Source: Bacteroidota bacterium (GTDB taxonomy: Bacteria; Bacteroidota; Bacteroidia; NS11-12g; UBA955). Taken from it: a stretch of 64,000 bases of DNA. Made by a program: the position numbers and the translations under genes. The stretch covers positions 71,271-135,270 of the forward strand of contig JAIYAW010000004.1 in the NCBI GenBank assembly GCA_027488835.1, in the 5' to 3' direction. The notes beneath the pieces are model-generated. The model searched no databases. It was not told where the DNA came from and saw only the letters and a program-made list of their open reading frames with translations. Shown piece after piece: positions 19,959 to 30,000 of this stretch. How positions within the stretch are numbered: position 1 is the first letter of the stretch; every line of letters begins with the position of its first letter.

Positions 19959-21743
19959 ATGAAAAAAATTCTCGCTCAATGGCCATTTTACCTACCTTTA
20001 TTAGGAATCCTTTTTGGATTTTTTATTACCAATCATATTCAAACACAAACAACATTGTTGATTGTGTTTTTGGCTTTAATTGGGTGCTTTATTGTTTACA
20101 AGATAGTTCCTAATTGGAAGTTTGCTTATTTTGTTTTTCTGATATTCGCTATTTGCGGATTTATTAGGCAAAGTCAAGTTAATAAGCAATTAAAATTTGA
20201 TATTCTACTAGCGCAGAAATCAAAATGTGTAAAATTTTTGGTTTGCCAAGATCTTGGGAAACGCAATTTGTGGCATCGATATGAGTGTGAATTGAAATAT
20301 GCTCTCGGAACTAAAACTTGGGTTCCGTTCCAAAATTGCAAGGTTGATTTGTATGTGAAAGATAATCCAAGTTTATTGGAGGGACATTATTTCAGTCTGA
20401 ATAATTTCAATTTCAAACAATTCGATGATCCAGTTTTACCAGGTGATTTTAATTTTAAGTCCCTCAAAAACGCGAGGAAATTCATAGGAACAACATTTGC
20501 GCGCAATTCGCAAGTTTTATTAAGTAGTACCAAGGTGAATCAATGGATTGATTTCAGGGCAAGAGTTAAATATAAATTAAACAAGGTTTTTGTTGAGGGA
20601 CTCTCGGCAGAAAATTTGGCATTGGTGAGGCAATTGGTATGGGGCGACAAAACCCAAATTGATGATGATTTGAAAACTGCTTTTCAAGTCAGCGGTACTA
20701 CCCATGTTTTGTCAGTTTCAGGGATGCATATTGCTTTGCTATTTGCATTTATATCCTTTTTGATAGAGGTCATTTCACTAAAGAAAAATAAGGGTAAATG
20801 GGTTCAATTGTTTATCATTCCATTGCTTTGGATGTATGCATTTTTTACAGGTTTTTCTGCCCCAGTGATTCGGGCGGTAGGCTTTTTTAGTTATTATTTG
20901 TTGGGAAATGTTCTTTTTGGAAGGAAACTCAAATTATTACATGTTCTCATGGTTGTGTGTATTGTTCAGTTGTTGGAAAATCCTTTGGCTTTGTGGGATA
21001 TTGGCTTTCAATTGTCATATTTGGCAGTACTTGGGTTATCCACAGTTTTGCCATTTATAAAAGCGTTTTATAAGGATAAGCCGTACTTTCAAAGGTTGAT
21101 TTTAGATGCTTTTGCAATTAGCATAAGTAGTACCATAACAACTTACCCTTTGTCGCTTTATTGTTTTCATCAATTTTCAGTCTGGTTTTTATTGGGGAAT
21201 TTATTGTTGCTGCCCATGTTTACTTTGCTCATGTATTGGCTTTTTGTGATGGTGTTTTTAACTGCCTTTTCTGTGCCTTTGCATAGGGTTGTATTTTTCT
21301 TAAATAAGTACTTGAATGGAATTACTTGGATCATGAAATTATCAAATAAACTGCCGAATCAATTTGTGTTTTCTTATGGATTTGATGCATTTAACGTGCT
21401 TTTTCATTTGTTTTTGATTCATTTTGTTTTCTATTTATTTTATACCGAAAATAAATTCAGATACTGGTCAATCGTCTTTGTTGTCTGGATGAATTTTTTT
21501 GTGTTTATGGCTTGTCGTGATTATCGAAAACAACTGGAATTCTCAAATAAAGTTGAAAACATAGATGGATATTTCGAAGTGGCAAAAAAAGGAAATCAGT
21601 TGACAGTAATTACAGCAGATAGTATCCCTCAAAATCAATTAATAAAGCGATTTGATTATATAATTCATTCCTATTCAATTGACAGTTTAAAAATCATACG
21701 GGCACGGCCAATATTGAAAAATAGAAATATCAGCAAGTTTTAA
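19959..21743 (+). CDS. comEC: ComEC/Rec2 family DNA internalisation channel protein
   Basis: 594 aa. Polytopic. Competence-domain motif ...FQVSGTTHVLSVSGMHIALLF.... Confidence 0.8.
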   Translation: MKKILAQWPFYLPLLGILFGFFITNHIQTQTTLLIVFLALIGCFIVYKIVPNWKFAYFVFLIFAICGFIRQSQVNKQLKFDILLAQKSKCVKFLVCQDLGKRNLWHRYECELKYALGTKTWVPFQNCKVDLYVKDNPSLLEGHYFSLNNFNFKQFDDPVLPGDFNFKSLKNARKFIGTTFARNSQVLLSSTKVNQWIDFRARVKYKLNKVFVEGLSAENLALVRQLVWGDKTQIDDDLKTAFQVSGTTHVLSVSGMHIALLFAFISFLIEVISLKKNKGKWVQLFIIPLLWMYAFFTGFSAPVIRAVGFFSYYLLGNVLFGRKLKLLHVLMVVCIVQLLENPLALWDIGFQLSYLAVLGLSTVLPFIKAFYKDKPYFQRLILDAFAISISSTITTYPLSLYCFHQFSVWFLLGNLLLLPMFTLLMYWLFVMVFLTAFSVPLHRVVFFLNKYLNGITWIMKLSNKLPNQFVFSYGFDAFNVLFHLFLIHFVFYLFYTENKFRYWSIVFVVWMNFFVFMACRDYRKQLEFSNKVENIDGYFEVAKKGNQLTVITADSIPQNQLIKRFDYIIHSYSIDSLKIIRARPILKNRNISKF

Positions 21744-21757
21744 GTATTATCTTTGTA

Positions 21758-22531
21758 ATGATGTCGTTAATTCTCACAAATATTGAAAACAGGGTAGGCA
21801 CAATTGTTCTAAATAGGCCCGAAAAGCGAAATGCCTTGAGTGCGCAATTAATTGCTGATCTTACGTATGCATTTGAATTGTTTAACAATGATGATTCGGT
21901 GAAATTGATTTTGTTAAAATCAGCTTCGTTGCCGTTTTGCGCAGGTGCTGATTTGGCTTATTTGACAGAATTAAGAAATTTTACTTTTGAAGAGAATGTT
22001 GAAGATAGTACCAAATTGAAAAATTTGTTTGAGCTTATTTACACATCGCCTAAAATTACCGTTTCTCAAGTTGAAGGTCCAGCTTTAGCTGGTGGTTGCG
22101 GTTTGGCAACGCTAACTGATTTTTGTTTTGCAAGTATTGAGGCAACATTTGGTTATACTGAAGCTAAAATTGGTTTTTTGCCTGCTTTGGTAATGGTTTA
22201 TTTGAAAGAAAAAGTAGGCATGGCAACCATGACAGATTGGTTGTTAACAGGTAGGGTTTTTGATGCAGATGAAGCATTAAATAAGGGACTTATTTTCCAA
22301 TTGTCAAATGGAGATTCAATAGAGCATGACGTCAAACAATTTATCGATAAATTATTGGTGGGCGTGAGTAGTCAATCTGTAGCCGGAATTAAATATATGC
22401 TTCGCAATATGCCAAGTACGCGTCAAGATGCATTGAAATTTGCTGCTGAAATGAATGCAATGGCGAGAAGCAGTGACGATTGTAAACGCGGTATTGATGC
22501 ATTTTTAAACAAAGAGAAATTGTCATGGTAA
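21758..22531 (+). CDS. enoyl-CoA hydratase/isomerase family protein
   Basis: 257 aa. Crotonase motifs (...VGTIVLNRPEKRNAL..., ...CAGADL..., ...GPALAGGCGLA...). Confidence 0.85.
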   Translation: MMSLILTNIENRVGTIVLNRPEKRNALSAQLIADLTYAFELFNNDDSVKLILLKSASLPFCAGADLAYLTELRNFTFEENVEDSTKLKNLFELIYTSPKITVSQVEGPALAGGCGLATLTDFCFASIEATFGYTEAKIGFLPALVMVYLKEKVGMATMTDWLLTGRVFDADEALNKGLIFQLSNGDSIEHDVKQFIDKLLVGVSSQSVAGIKYMLRNMPSTRQDALKFAAEMNAMARSSDDCKRGIDAFLNKEKLSW

Positions 22532-23298
22532 ATATTGTTGACACCCATTGCCATTTATACGCGGAGGAATTCAATGAAGATAGGGCTGAGGCTATTTCAA
22601 GAGCAATTGGTCAAGGCGTCAACAAGATATTATTGCCGAATATTGATTTAGAAAGTATTGATGGATTGCATCGTTTGGCTGATGAATATCCTGACATATG
22701 CATTCCTATGATGGGTTTACATCCTTGTTACGTGAAAGAAGATTACCAATCTGCACTCAAAACCATTTTCGATTTGTTTTCTTCCCGCAATTACTGCGCG
22801 GTTGGCGAAATTGGAATGGATTTGTATTGGGATAAAACAACCAAAGATTGGCAGACAGATGCATTCATACAACAGGTGGAATTTGCAATTTCAAAAAACT
22901 TGCCGTTGGCAATTCATTCTAGAAATGCCACCTATGAATTGATAGAATTATTGAAGCCTTTTAAGGGAAAAGTGACTGGTGTATTCCATTGTTTTTCTGA
23001 GAGCGAGGAATTGGCTCACGAGATTATAAAATTGAATTTTTTAATTGGAGTTGGAGGTGTGCTTACATTCAAGAATGCTGGTTTGCCGCTGGCCCTTGAG
23101 AAAGTAGACCTAAAACATATTATTTTAGAAACCGATAGTCCTTATTTGGCACCTGTTCCTTTTAGAGGCAAAAGAAACGAGCCAAGTTATGCCCGACTCG
23201 TTGCTGATAAATTGGCCGAAGTTAAAGGAATTTCGGCACAGGAGATTTATGAAATTACCACTGCCAATGCAGTTGGGTTGTTTTTGAAGGAATTCTAA
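22525..23298 (+). CDS. TatD family metal-dependent DNase/hydrolase
   Basis: 257 aa. N-terminal DTHCHL. ...GEIGMDLYW.... TatD signature throughout. Confidence 0.9.
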   Translation: MVNIVDTHCHLYAEEFNEDRAEAISRAIGQGVNKILLPNIDLESIDGLHRLADEYPDICIPMMGLHPCYVKEDYQSALKTIFDLFSSRNYCAVGEIGMDLYWDKTTKDWQTDAFIQQVEFAISKNLPLAIHSRNATYELIELLKPFKGKVTGVFHCFSESEELAHEIIKLNFLIGVGGVLTFKNAGLPLALEKVDLKHIILETDSPYLAPVPFRGKRNEPSYARLVADKLAEVKGISAQEIYEITTANAVGLFLKEF

Positions 23299-23440
23299 GG
23301 TTTATAAAAGTTTATGAGTGATTATAAGTGTTTATAAAGGTTGTTTTTATGAAATTAACTGCAAAATAAAAAGCGCAGCGTAAACAGGCCCAGCTTAAAC
23401 GACCGAAAGTGTAAACAGCTCCGCGACAACTCGCGAAGCG
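23293..23440 (+). repeat. intergenic modular repeat element, copy 2
   Basis: GAAGGAATTCTAAGGTTTATAAAAGTTTATGAG...GTTTATAAAGG...GCGTAAACAGGCCCAGC...GTGTAAACAGCTCCGCG...CGCGAAGCG. The TAA stop of TatD (23296-23298) lies inside the element. Confidence 0.7.
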
Positions 23441-23441
23441 A

Positions 23442-24179
23442 TTAATATAGTTTCGATTTTATCAGACCTTTTTTATGCAAAAAATGCACAAAAGAAACCC
23501 TCAATACGCCGAAACCATATTTCATGCTGCGGCTGAAATTGATGGAGGAGGCTTCTTCAAAATATTTGGTAGGACAAGTTATTTCAGCAATTTGATAGCC
23601 CTTCATGAAAATCTGAGAAACCACTTCGTTGTCGAAAACGAAATCATCGCTGTTGTTTTCAAAAAGTATGTTCTCTAAAACTTCACGTTTGTATGCCCTG
23701 TAACCCGTGTGGTATTCGCTCAGCTTTTGATTGATAAGTATATTCTGAGCCAAGGTTAAACACCTGTTGAAAATGTATTTGTATATTGGCATACCACCTA
23801 GCAATGCTCCCTTTCCTAATATTCTCGAGCCGAAAACAACAGGATAAACATCATTGGCGATAATATGGCACATTGAAGTTAATAACAGCGGGGTATATTG
23901 ATAATCAGGGTGTAACATTACAATGATATCTGCTCGAAGTTCTATTGCTTTTCGGTAACACGATTTCTGATTTCCACCGTAACCCTTGTTTGTATCATGC
24001 GAAATAATATGTTTGATACCAATCTGGGTTGCAACATCTATTGTTTTATCAGTGCTTCGGTCATCAACCAAAATAACATCGTCAACAATGTCGAAAGGAA
24101 TTTCATTATATGTTTTTTCTAGCGTTTGCATGGCATTGTACGCTGGTAAAACCACGATAATTTTTTGTCCTTTGATCAT
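23442..24179 (-). CDS. GT2 family glycosyltransferase, polyprenyl-phosphate sugar synthase type (DPM1/ArnC-like)
   Basis: 245 aa. N-terminal ...IIVVLPAYNAMQTLEKT...VILVDDRSTDKT... (GT-A DxD region). Confidence 0.8.
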   Translation of the reverse strand: MIKGQKIIVVLPAYNAMQTLEKTYNEIPFDIVDDVILVDDRSTDKTIDVATQIGIKHIISHDTNKGYGGNQKSCYRKAIELRADIIVMLHPDYQYTPLLLTSMCHIIANDVYPVVFGSRILGKGALLGGMPIYKYIFNRCLTLAQNILINQKLSEYHTGYRAYKREVLENILFENNSDDFVFDNEVVSQIFMKGYQIAEITCPTKYFEEASSINFSRSMKYGFGVLRVSFVHFLHKKGLIKSKLY

Positions 24180-24243
24180 TCTTATTTCTTCTTAATACTC
24201 GGTGGCAAACTTCCTTAACTATTGTTTAAAAACCAAGAAATGT

Positions 24244-26223
24244 TTAAAAATCATTCACCAAACTGTAAAGATGGTTGTTGCCTTGGCTAATGGTTACCTT
24301 GAATTTTGTAACCTTTATGGGTGTCGTTCCATTGTTTTCAATAAAGGTAGAAACACTTCCCAATGGATCCATTTCGAAATGGTTACAATTGGCTACCAGA
24401 ATGCAGTTGTATTGATCTGTGTTTGTTTCAGTCCATCGATCAAAAGATTCATACATAAAATGGATGTTTTTATTGTTCTTGTCAGATGCAATAAAAACTA
24501 AATTTAGGGTTTTTAAAACAGAATTTATACCCGAACTTTTTTTAGGCAATTCAATACGGGCACAAATTGATATCATTGCATGCTTGTAACCGTTACTGCC
24601 TAAATATTTTATTATGCTGTCAATTTCAATTTTGGTTGTACAAATCCATTTTTCAGAAGTTACAGTGTTGATTGAAACAATTGATGGGGAATACACTTTT
24701 TGTTTTTGAGGGATATTATCTTGGGAAAGCAAACATCGGTTGGCTTCGAAATTGTCATTTGAATTCGATTGATCGTTAGGTTTATTGGTAAAAATGGAAT
24801 TCTCTTTTGAAAACAAATAAACTTCACTGCCAAAATGTAGACTTTTGATTGAGTAAGGATACTCGATTTCCAATGCGGAAATTGCCCATTGGGGAATTTC
24901 AATTGCATTTGAAACGATGATTTGATTGTAATTCCATTTGCGCAAAATGCGAATGAAATCGTTTGGAGTTTTTGCGGTTTCTGCAAAAAAATCATCCCTC
25001 AAAAATTGGATTTTTTGAATTTCTGGATGTTGGTTTTGTTCTTTATAATAGTTAAAAAAATAGGGTTCGAAGCCAAAAACCAAAGTTGGAATAAGACTTT
25101 GTTTATTTTGAAAACGGTATGTATCTCTAACTAACTGAGAATATCCTTGGTGGTAATATTCTTGATAGTGATTTCTTTTAAAATTCAAAATTCCAATATT
25201 TGTGCAAACAATGGTTGCCAAAATGATTGTCATTGTTTTGGAATTATAATTAGACGATAAAAGAACGTCCCCCAAAAACAAAAACAAGAACACGAATCCG
25301 AAAACAAAAATGGAATCTTGAAAAATGGGAGCCCTATAAATTGAGTAAACGAAAGAAAGCAAAATTGGTGCAAAGTATAAGATTAGCCAAATCCAAGTTT
25401 TTGATTTTGGAATTAAATCTGATGGGCTTTTTGCAATTTTATAAATAATTAGAATCGTAAAAATAGCGAAGTAAATACCCGAAAATTGAAAGCAATATTC
25501 GAAATGTTTGATAACTGTATTGAGGGATGGGGTAGCGAGCCATCCAGGGCTTCCCACTGAGATTTGATGAATGAAAATTGGGATTTGCGGAATATATAAT
25601 AAAATTGCAATGAGGTAAGGAATGCAATACTGAAATAAGTTTTTCTGCTTTTGAATAATTAAGCCGGTAGGGAATAAAAGCCCAACAAATAGCAAATTGA
25701 AATAGTGATTACTCAGGCTTAAGAAAATAAAGGCGCCAAATAATATTTGATAAATTCGATTTTGGGATTTGTCATGGATTAATTGCGTCCACAAATACAA
25801 ACAAACAGCTGCTAAAAATTGACCCGATGAATACGGGCGGATGGTTTGACTATAGATAATGGGGTATTGCAATGTGGCAAGAAATGCCAAAGCAAAAAGG
25901 GCTGTTTTGATATTTGATAAATTCTTGGCTGCCAAAAAATAAAATAGTAAGGAAAGTGACCCCATGAAAACGAATGGCAGTTTGATGATCCATTGTTTTG
26001 TGCCAAATAATTTTACATAAAACCATAAAAATGTTTGAACTCCTGCAGGATGTCCATCTGTCCAAACAGCTTTTGAAAGCATGGTAGAGAAGTCTGGAAA
26101 ATTTAAACGGTTGAGGGCCGAGAGTTCGTCGTTGGTGAACGGAATTTCAGTAAAGTTGAAAAAACGCAGTATAAATCCGAGAATAAGTAGGATAAATAGC
26201 GTGATTTTTTCTCTTGTAGACAT
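24244..26223 (-). CDS. GT-C fold glycosyltransferase (ArnT / PMT family, GT39/GT83-like) with a large C-terminal extracytoplasmic domain
   Basis: About 659 aa. The N-terminal about 400 aa are polytopic, with ...FNFTEIPFTNDELSALNRL...WTDGHPAGVQTFLWF... typical of ArnT/PMT. The C-terminal about 250 aa are soluble. The ORF track starts at TTG 26241. The ATG is at 26223. Confidence 0.75.
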   Translation of the reverse strand: MSTREKITLFILLILGFILRFFNFTEIPFTNDELSALNRLNFPDFSTMLSKAVWTDGHPAGVQTFLWFYVKLFGTKQWIIKLPFVFMGSLSLLFYFLAAKNLSNIKTALFALAFLATLQYPIIYSQTIRPYSSGQFLAAVCLYLWTQLIHDKSQNRIYQILFGAFIFLSLSNHYFNLLFVGLLFPTGLIIQKQKNLFQYCIPYLIAILLYIPQIPIFIHQISVGSPGWLATPSLNTVIKHFEYCFQFSGIYFAIFTILIIYKIAKSPSDLIPKSKTWIWLILYFAPILLSFVYSIYRAPIFQDSIFVFGFVFLFLFLGDVLLSSNYNSKTMTIILATIVCTNIGILNFKRNHYQEYYHQGYSQLVRDTYRFQNKQSLIPTLVFGFEPYFFNYYKEQNQHPEIQKIQFLRDDFFAETAKTPNDFIRILRKWNYNQIIVSNAIEIPQWAISALEIEYPYSIKSLHFGSEVYLFSKENSIFTNKPNDQSNSNDNFEANRCLLSQDNIPQKQKVYSPSIVSINTVTSEKWICTTKIEIDSIIKYLGSNGYKHAMISICARIELPKKSSGINSVLKTLNLVFIASDKNNKNIHFMYESFDRWTETNTDQYNCILVANCNHFEMDPLGSVSTFIENNGTTPIKVTKFKVTISQGNNHLYSLVNDF

Positions 26224-26342
26224 GGAATTTTCTCTCCACAATATTAATCGAATTGAGGTTGATAGCCAAAGATGTAAGAAGAAGAATCAAAATAAAGTCA
26301 ATTTGTCGTTTACCTTTTGGTTGTTAATTGTATAAAGGGGGT

Positions 26343-27059
26343 ATGGAAACTCAATTAAAAATTTCGATACCCACTCCTTGCCACGAGAATTTGGCGTTGA
26401 TGGATAAAACCGAGAATGGTAAATTTTGTCTTAGCTGCCAAAAAGAAGTGATAGATTTTACCAAAATGTCGGATGAAGACATTGTTTTATATTTTGAAAA
26501 AAAGAAAAGTGGCGAAGCAAAAGTTTGCGGTACATTTAGGGTTGATCAGGTTTTAGAAAACAAAAAAATGATTGAAATACCGGCTCAAACTTATTTTTAT
26601 GCCAAAACCAACCATCAGAAATTTCTATGGATGTTATTTGCTTGCATGGGAATGTTTTTTGTTTCTTGTAATTCAAAAACAAAAGGGGAAGTTCAAATTT
26701 CGGTTATTGATAGTGCAAAGAATAGACAGAATGTTGATACGGTAAATGAAGTACAACTAAATGGAGATACTATTTATTCAAATGAGTTAATTGAAAAGCC
26801 AAAGAAAATTGAGCAGGTTGAAGAAATTCAAGGGGAAGCTGTTGAAATTGTAAGTGGTTATATTGCACCTCCTGTTAGAGTTGGATGTGTGATTCCTGAG
26901 AATACGGAAGAAGAACAAATGGTTACGATTAAAGGGAAAGTTGCATTTCCAAAAGATACTTCAAGGACACAAGAAATGAATGTCCCTACAAAAGATACTA
27001 CCGCAAATATTAAGCAAATTCCAACAAGTAAGCTTACAGGAATAAAACCTATGGATTAA
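26343..27059 (+). CDS. hypothetical membrane protein with an N-terminal Cys-rich (zinc-ribbon-like) cytoplasmic segment
   Basis: CHENLALMDKTENGKFCLSCQKEV...KVCGTF, then a single transmembrane segment (FLWMLFACMGMFFVSC). Its stop overlaps the convergent 1301-aa gene by 4 bp. The ATG at 26343 is preferred over the TTG at 26328. Confidence 0.4.
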   Translation: METQLKISIPTPCHENLALMDKTENGKFCLSCQKEVIDFTKMSDEDIVLYFEKKKSGEAKVCGTFRVDQVLENKKMIEIPAQTYFYAKTNHQKFLWMLFACMGMFFVSCNSKTKGEVQISVIDSAKNRQNVDTVNEVQLNGDTIYSNELIEKPKKIEQVEEIQGEAVEIVSGYIAPPVRVGCVIPENTEEEQMVTIKGKVAFPKDTSRTQEMNVPTKDTTANIKQIPTSKLTGIKPMD

Positions 27060-30000
27060 TTGATGATAATCTTATCAAAATAACTTGCACTTTCAGTTCT
27101 GAAATTAACGATATAATTTCCAGTTGGAATTGATGGGGGCAATAAAATTTGATTGGCTTTTTCTAGCGAAATTGTGTTGCTTTTGAAGAGCAATTGTCCG
27201 ACATTGTTGTATATTTCAATAGTCACTGAATTGAAATTCGAATAATTGCTAAAATCAAGAGAGTTATTTTTTACGGGATTTGGATGAATAATAAATGGGG
27301 AGGTTTTTTTATTGTAATTTATTGTATTTCCTAAAAATATTTCATTGGCAATAATTATTTTAAATCGCGCTGTATCGCTTGACGCTACTTCTGATTTATT
27401 AATTTCAAACGAATAGTCATTTAATTTATTGGCATTTAATTTTGTAAGTGTATTTTTATACCTGTCTTTCAAGTAAATAGTACTCGAATTTAATCCTTTT
27501 ATATCTAGGGTTAATTTGTAGCGGGTGCTTCTATATTTATCAATATAAATTGAATGTTCTTCAGTAGTTAAAGGTTGTTTTTTGCATTCAACTGATAGTT
27601 TTGTGCCAGATCTTGAAATTGCAATATTTTCATCAAGATTTATGGGTTTTCTTGCATCTTCATCCGTTATTTCGTTGCTATAAACGTCATTGAAATTGAT
27701 AATTGTGGCGTCGGTGAGAAAGTTTGAATCGATTGAGTGTAAATCAATTTTTATATAATTTTCGTCTGAATTAGGAATAGTAAAAAAGTTTTTACTCGTG
27801 ATATCCCCCGTAAATTTTGAATTTTCTGTAAATGTAAATGTTGGGGTTGCTGAGGGAGCAGATGATGTTAATACAAAACAAGACTGTCCGGCTTGTAAGT
27901 ATTTATTCGCACTGGAATTTTGTGCATTGGTATTTTTTGTTACATCCACGGTTACGTATCCACCTCGGGTGTTTAAAAACGGATCCCAAACGTAATAATA
28001 GGTTTTATTTAAATTCGTAGATGCACTGAGTAGTACATTCATATCAACCGGGCATTGGTAAGGGTTTCCTATAAAATTGTTCGCATTTGCACTGTTTTTT
28101 AATCCTGAAATTGAAATATTCCCAGTACTCAAAGTGCCAAATGTTCGAAGAATGGTATTTGAAGGAGTTGGTGCGTTATCGGCTTGGTTAATATTTGTTA
28201 ATCTGTTTCCCCTAATCATTAATCGGTAAGGAGTTCCGGCACTTAATGTGTTGTTATTTGTATTTCCAATGGCATTCCAAGTCTGGCTAGAATTATCATA
28301 GGTGTACAAAGAAGGATTTCCTGTTGGGGTAGCGTCGAATCCGTTGGCACCTGTTGTGCTGCCGGTAATATGTGTGCCGAATCCAGGATTTGGATTAATA
28401 TTATTTGTTGGATAGTTGGTGTAATTTGAATTATTTACGCCTTCTTGCCAGTTGCTTTTAATGGAATTTGTAGTAGTTACACTTGGACAAATTAACCTAA
28501 ACGCCCTTTTGGAGGGGAAATATTTTTCAATTGTTACTTTGCCTGATATTGCATTGCTATAATTTACTTTATCAACTACAGCGGAGTAGGCGTTATCGCT
28601 CTTGAAAATTAAATAATCATTTGTTGTTAGCCTACCAGCAGTTAGCGTTAAAATCCCCTTAATTTTTGTGGTATCTAATAATGAAACTCCCGCAGAATTA
28701 TTAATTGTTAAATTCGAAATTGTTTTATTGGTGAAATTATTTGAAGGTAGGTTTTGTGCAGTTGATCCTGCAAAAATGAGGGATGAATTTATATTTTCTG
28801 CATTGATGTTTTTTCCGGTTAACGTAAGGTTGCCTTGAATAGTTAATGAATATCCATTTAAATCTAAAACGTCTTTGGTTGAGGTTCCAGAAATAGAGAT
28901 ATTTCCTAAATTCACGTTTGAACCAAGCACACATTTGTCAATTGGTGATGAGGTGAAAGTAATATCTGAACCTGATAAAGGGATACAACCTAATTGCCAA
29001 TTCGTGCTTGTGTTAAATGAAGTTGAATTTGTTCCAACCCAGGTATATGTATTGTTTACAGTAATTAAAGCATTGGAAGAATTTGTAGAAGTACAGCTTC
29101 CGCTTGTAACTACAGCCCTGTAATAAGTGTTAGACATCAAATTGGTTCGGGTAATGGAAGTGGCAGTGCTTGAGATATCCACTGGCGAAGCGAAATTTGA
29201 TGTTGCAGAACTTTGCCATTTGCTTACCAACCCTGTTTTGCCTGTCAATGTCAATGTTGTAGAATTTGTTCCTGCACAAACTGTTGCCCCTCCGGTTATT
29301 GTACCTCCAACTGAAGAGGGGTCAACTTCTACACTCACGATATTTGAAGTAATTGCTGTTGAACAGCTTGAGGAAGATCCGGAAACATTTATCTCACAAA
29401 AGTAAAATTTAGTTCCTACACTAGAAATAACTGGATTGTAATTGTTAGAATTAGCGCCACTGATTGAAGTAGCACCGGAAAGGGAATTAATTGTATTTGA
29501 ATACCATTGATAAGTTGGAGAATTGCCTTCTGCAGTAATTGAAAGCGTTGTTGCAACATTAATACAAGTTGATTTGTTTTCAGGTTGAACACTAATTGAA
29601 CTGTTTAAGTAAGCAGGATCACTTAATATACTTCCCGAACTATTGGTGATTTCAACCGTGTAAGCACCAGCATCTGATGCAGAAACATTCGAAATAGTAA
29701 GTGAACTACTTGTAGCCCCAGAAATACTTGTTCCATTGCGTTTCCACTGATAAGTTGTTGTTCCTGTTGATGAAGCTGATACTGAAAATGTAGCAGTGGT
29801 TCCAGTTCCTGTGCATGTAATCTTAGAGGTTGGCTGGGTTGTAACTTTTGGCGCTGGAATTGTAAAGGAGGCATTGTTGTATGCGATGAATCCATAATCA
29901 GCAGTTCCACCGGGGGTAATAATTAATTTCGATACATTAGTTGCATTTGAACTTGTAATTCCGAAATCTGCCAAATCTAAGGCCAATAATCGAATGGGAC

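Noticed and set aside
26328-27059. Cys-rich N-terminus as an anti-sigma factor (ZAS-like)
   Set aside because: No ECF sigma gene is adjacent and the Cys spacing does not match HxxxCxxC. Left as a hypothetical membrane protein.
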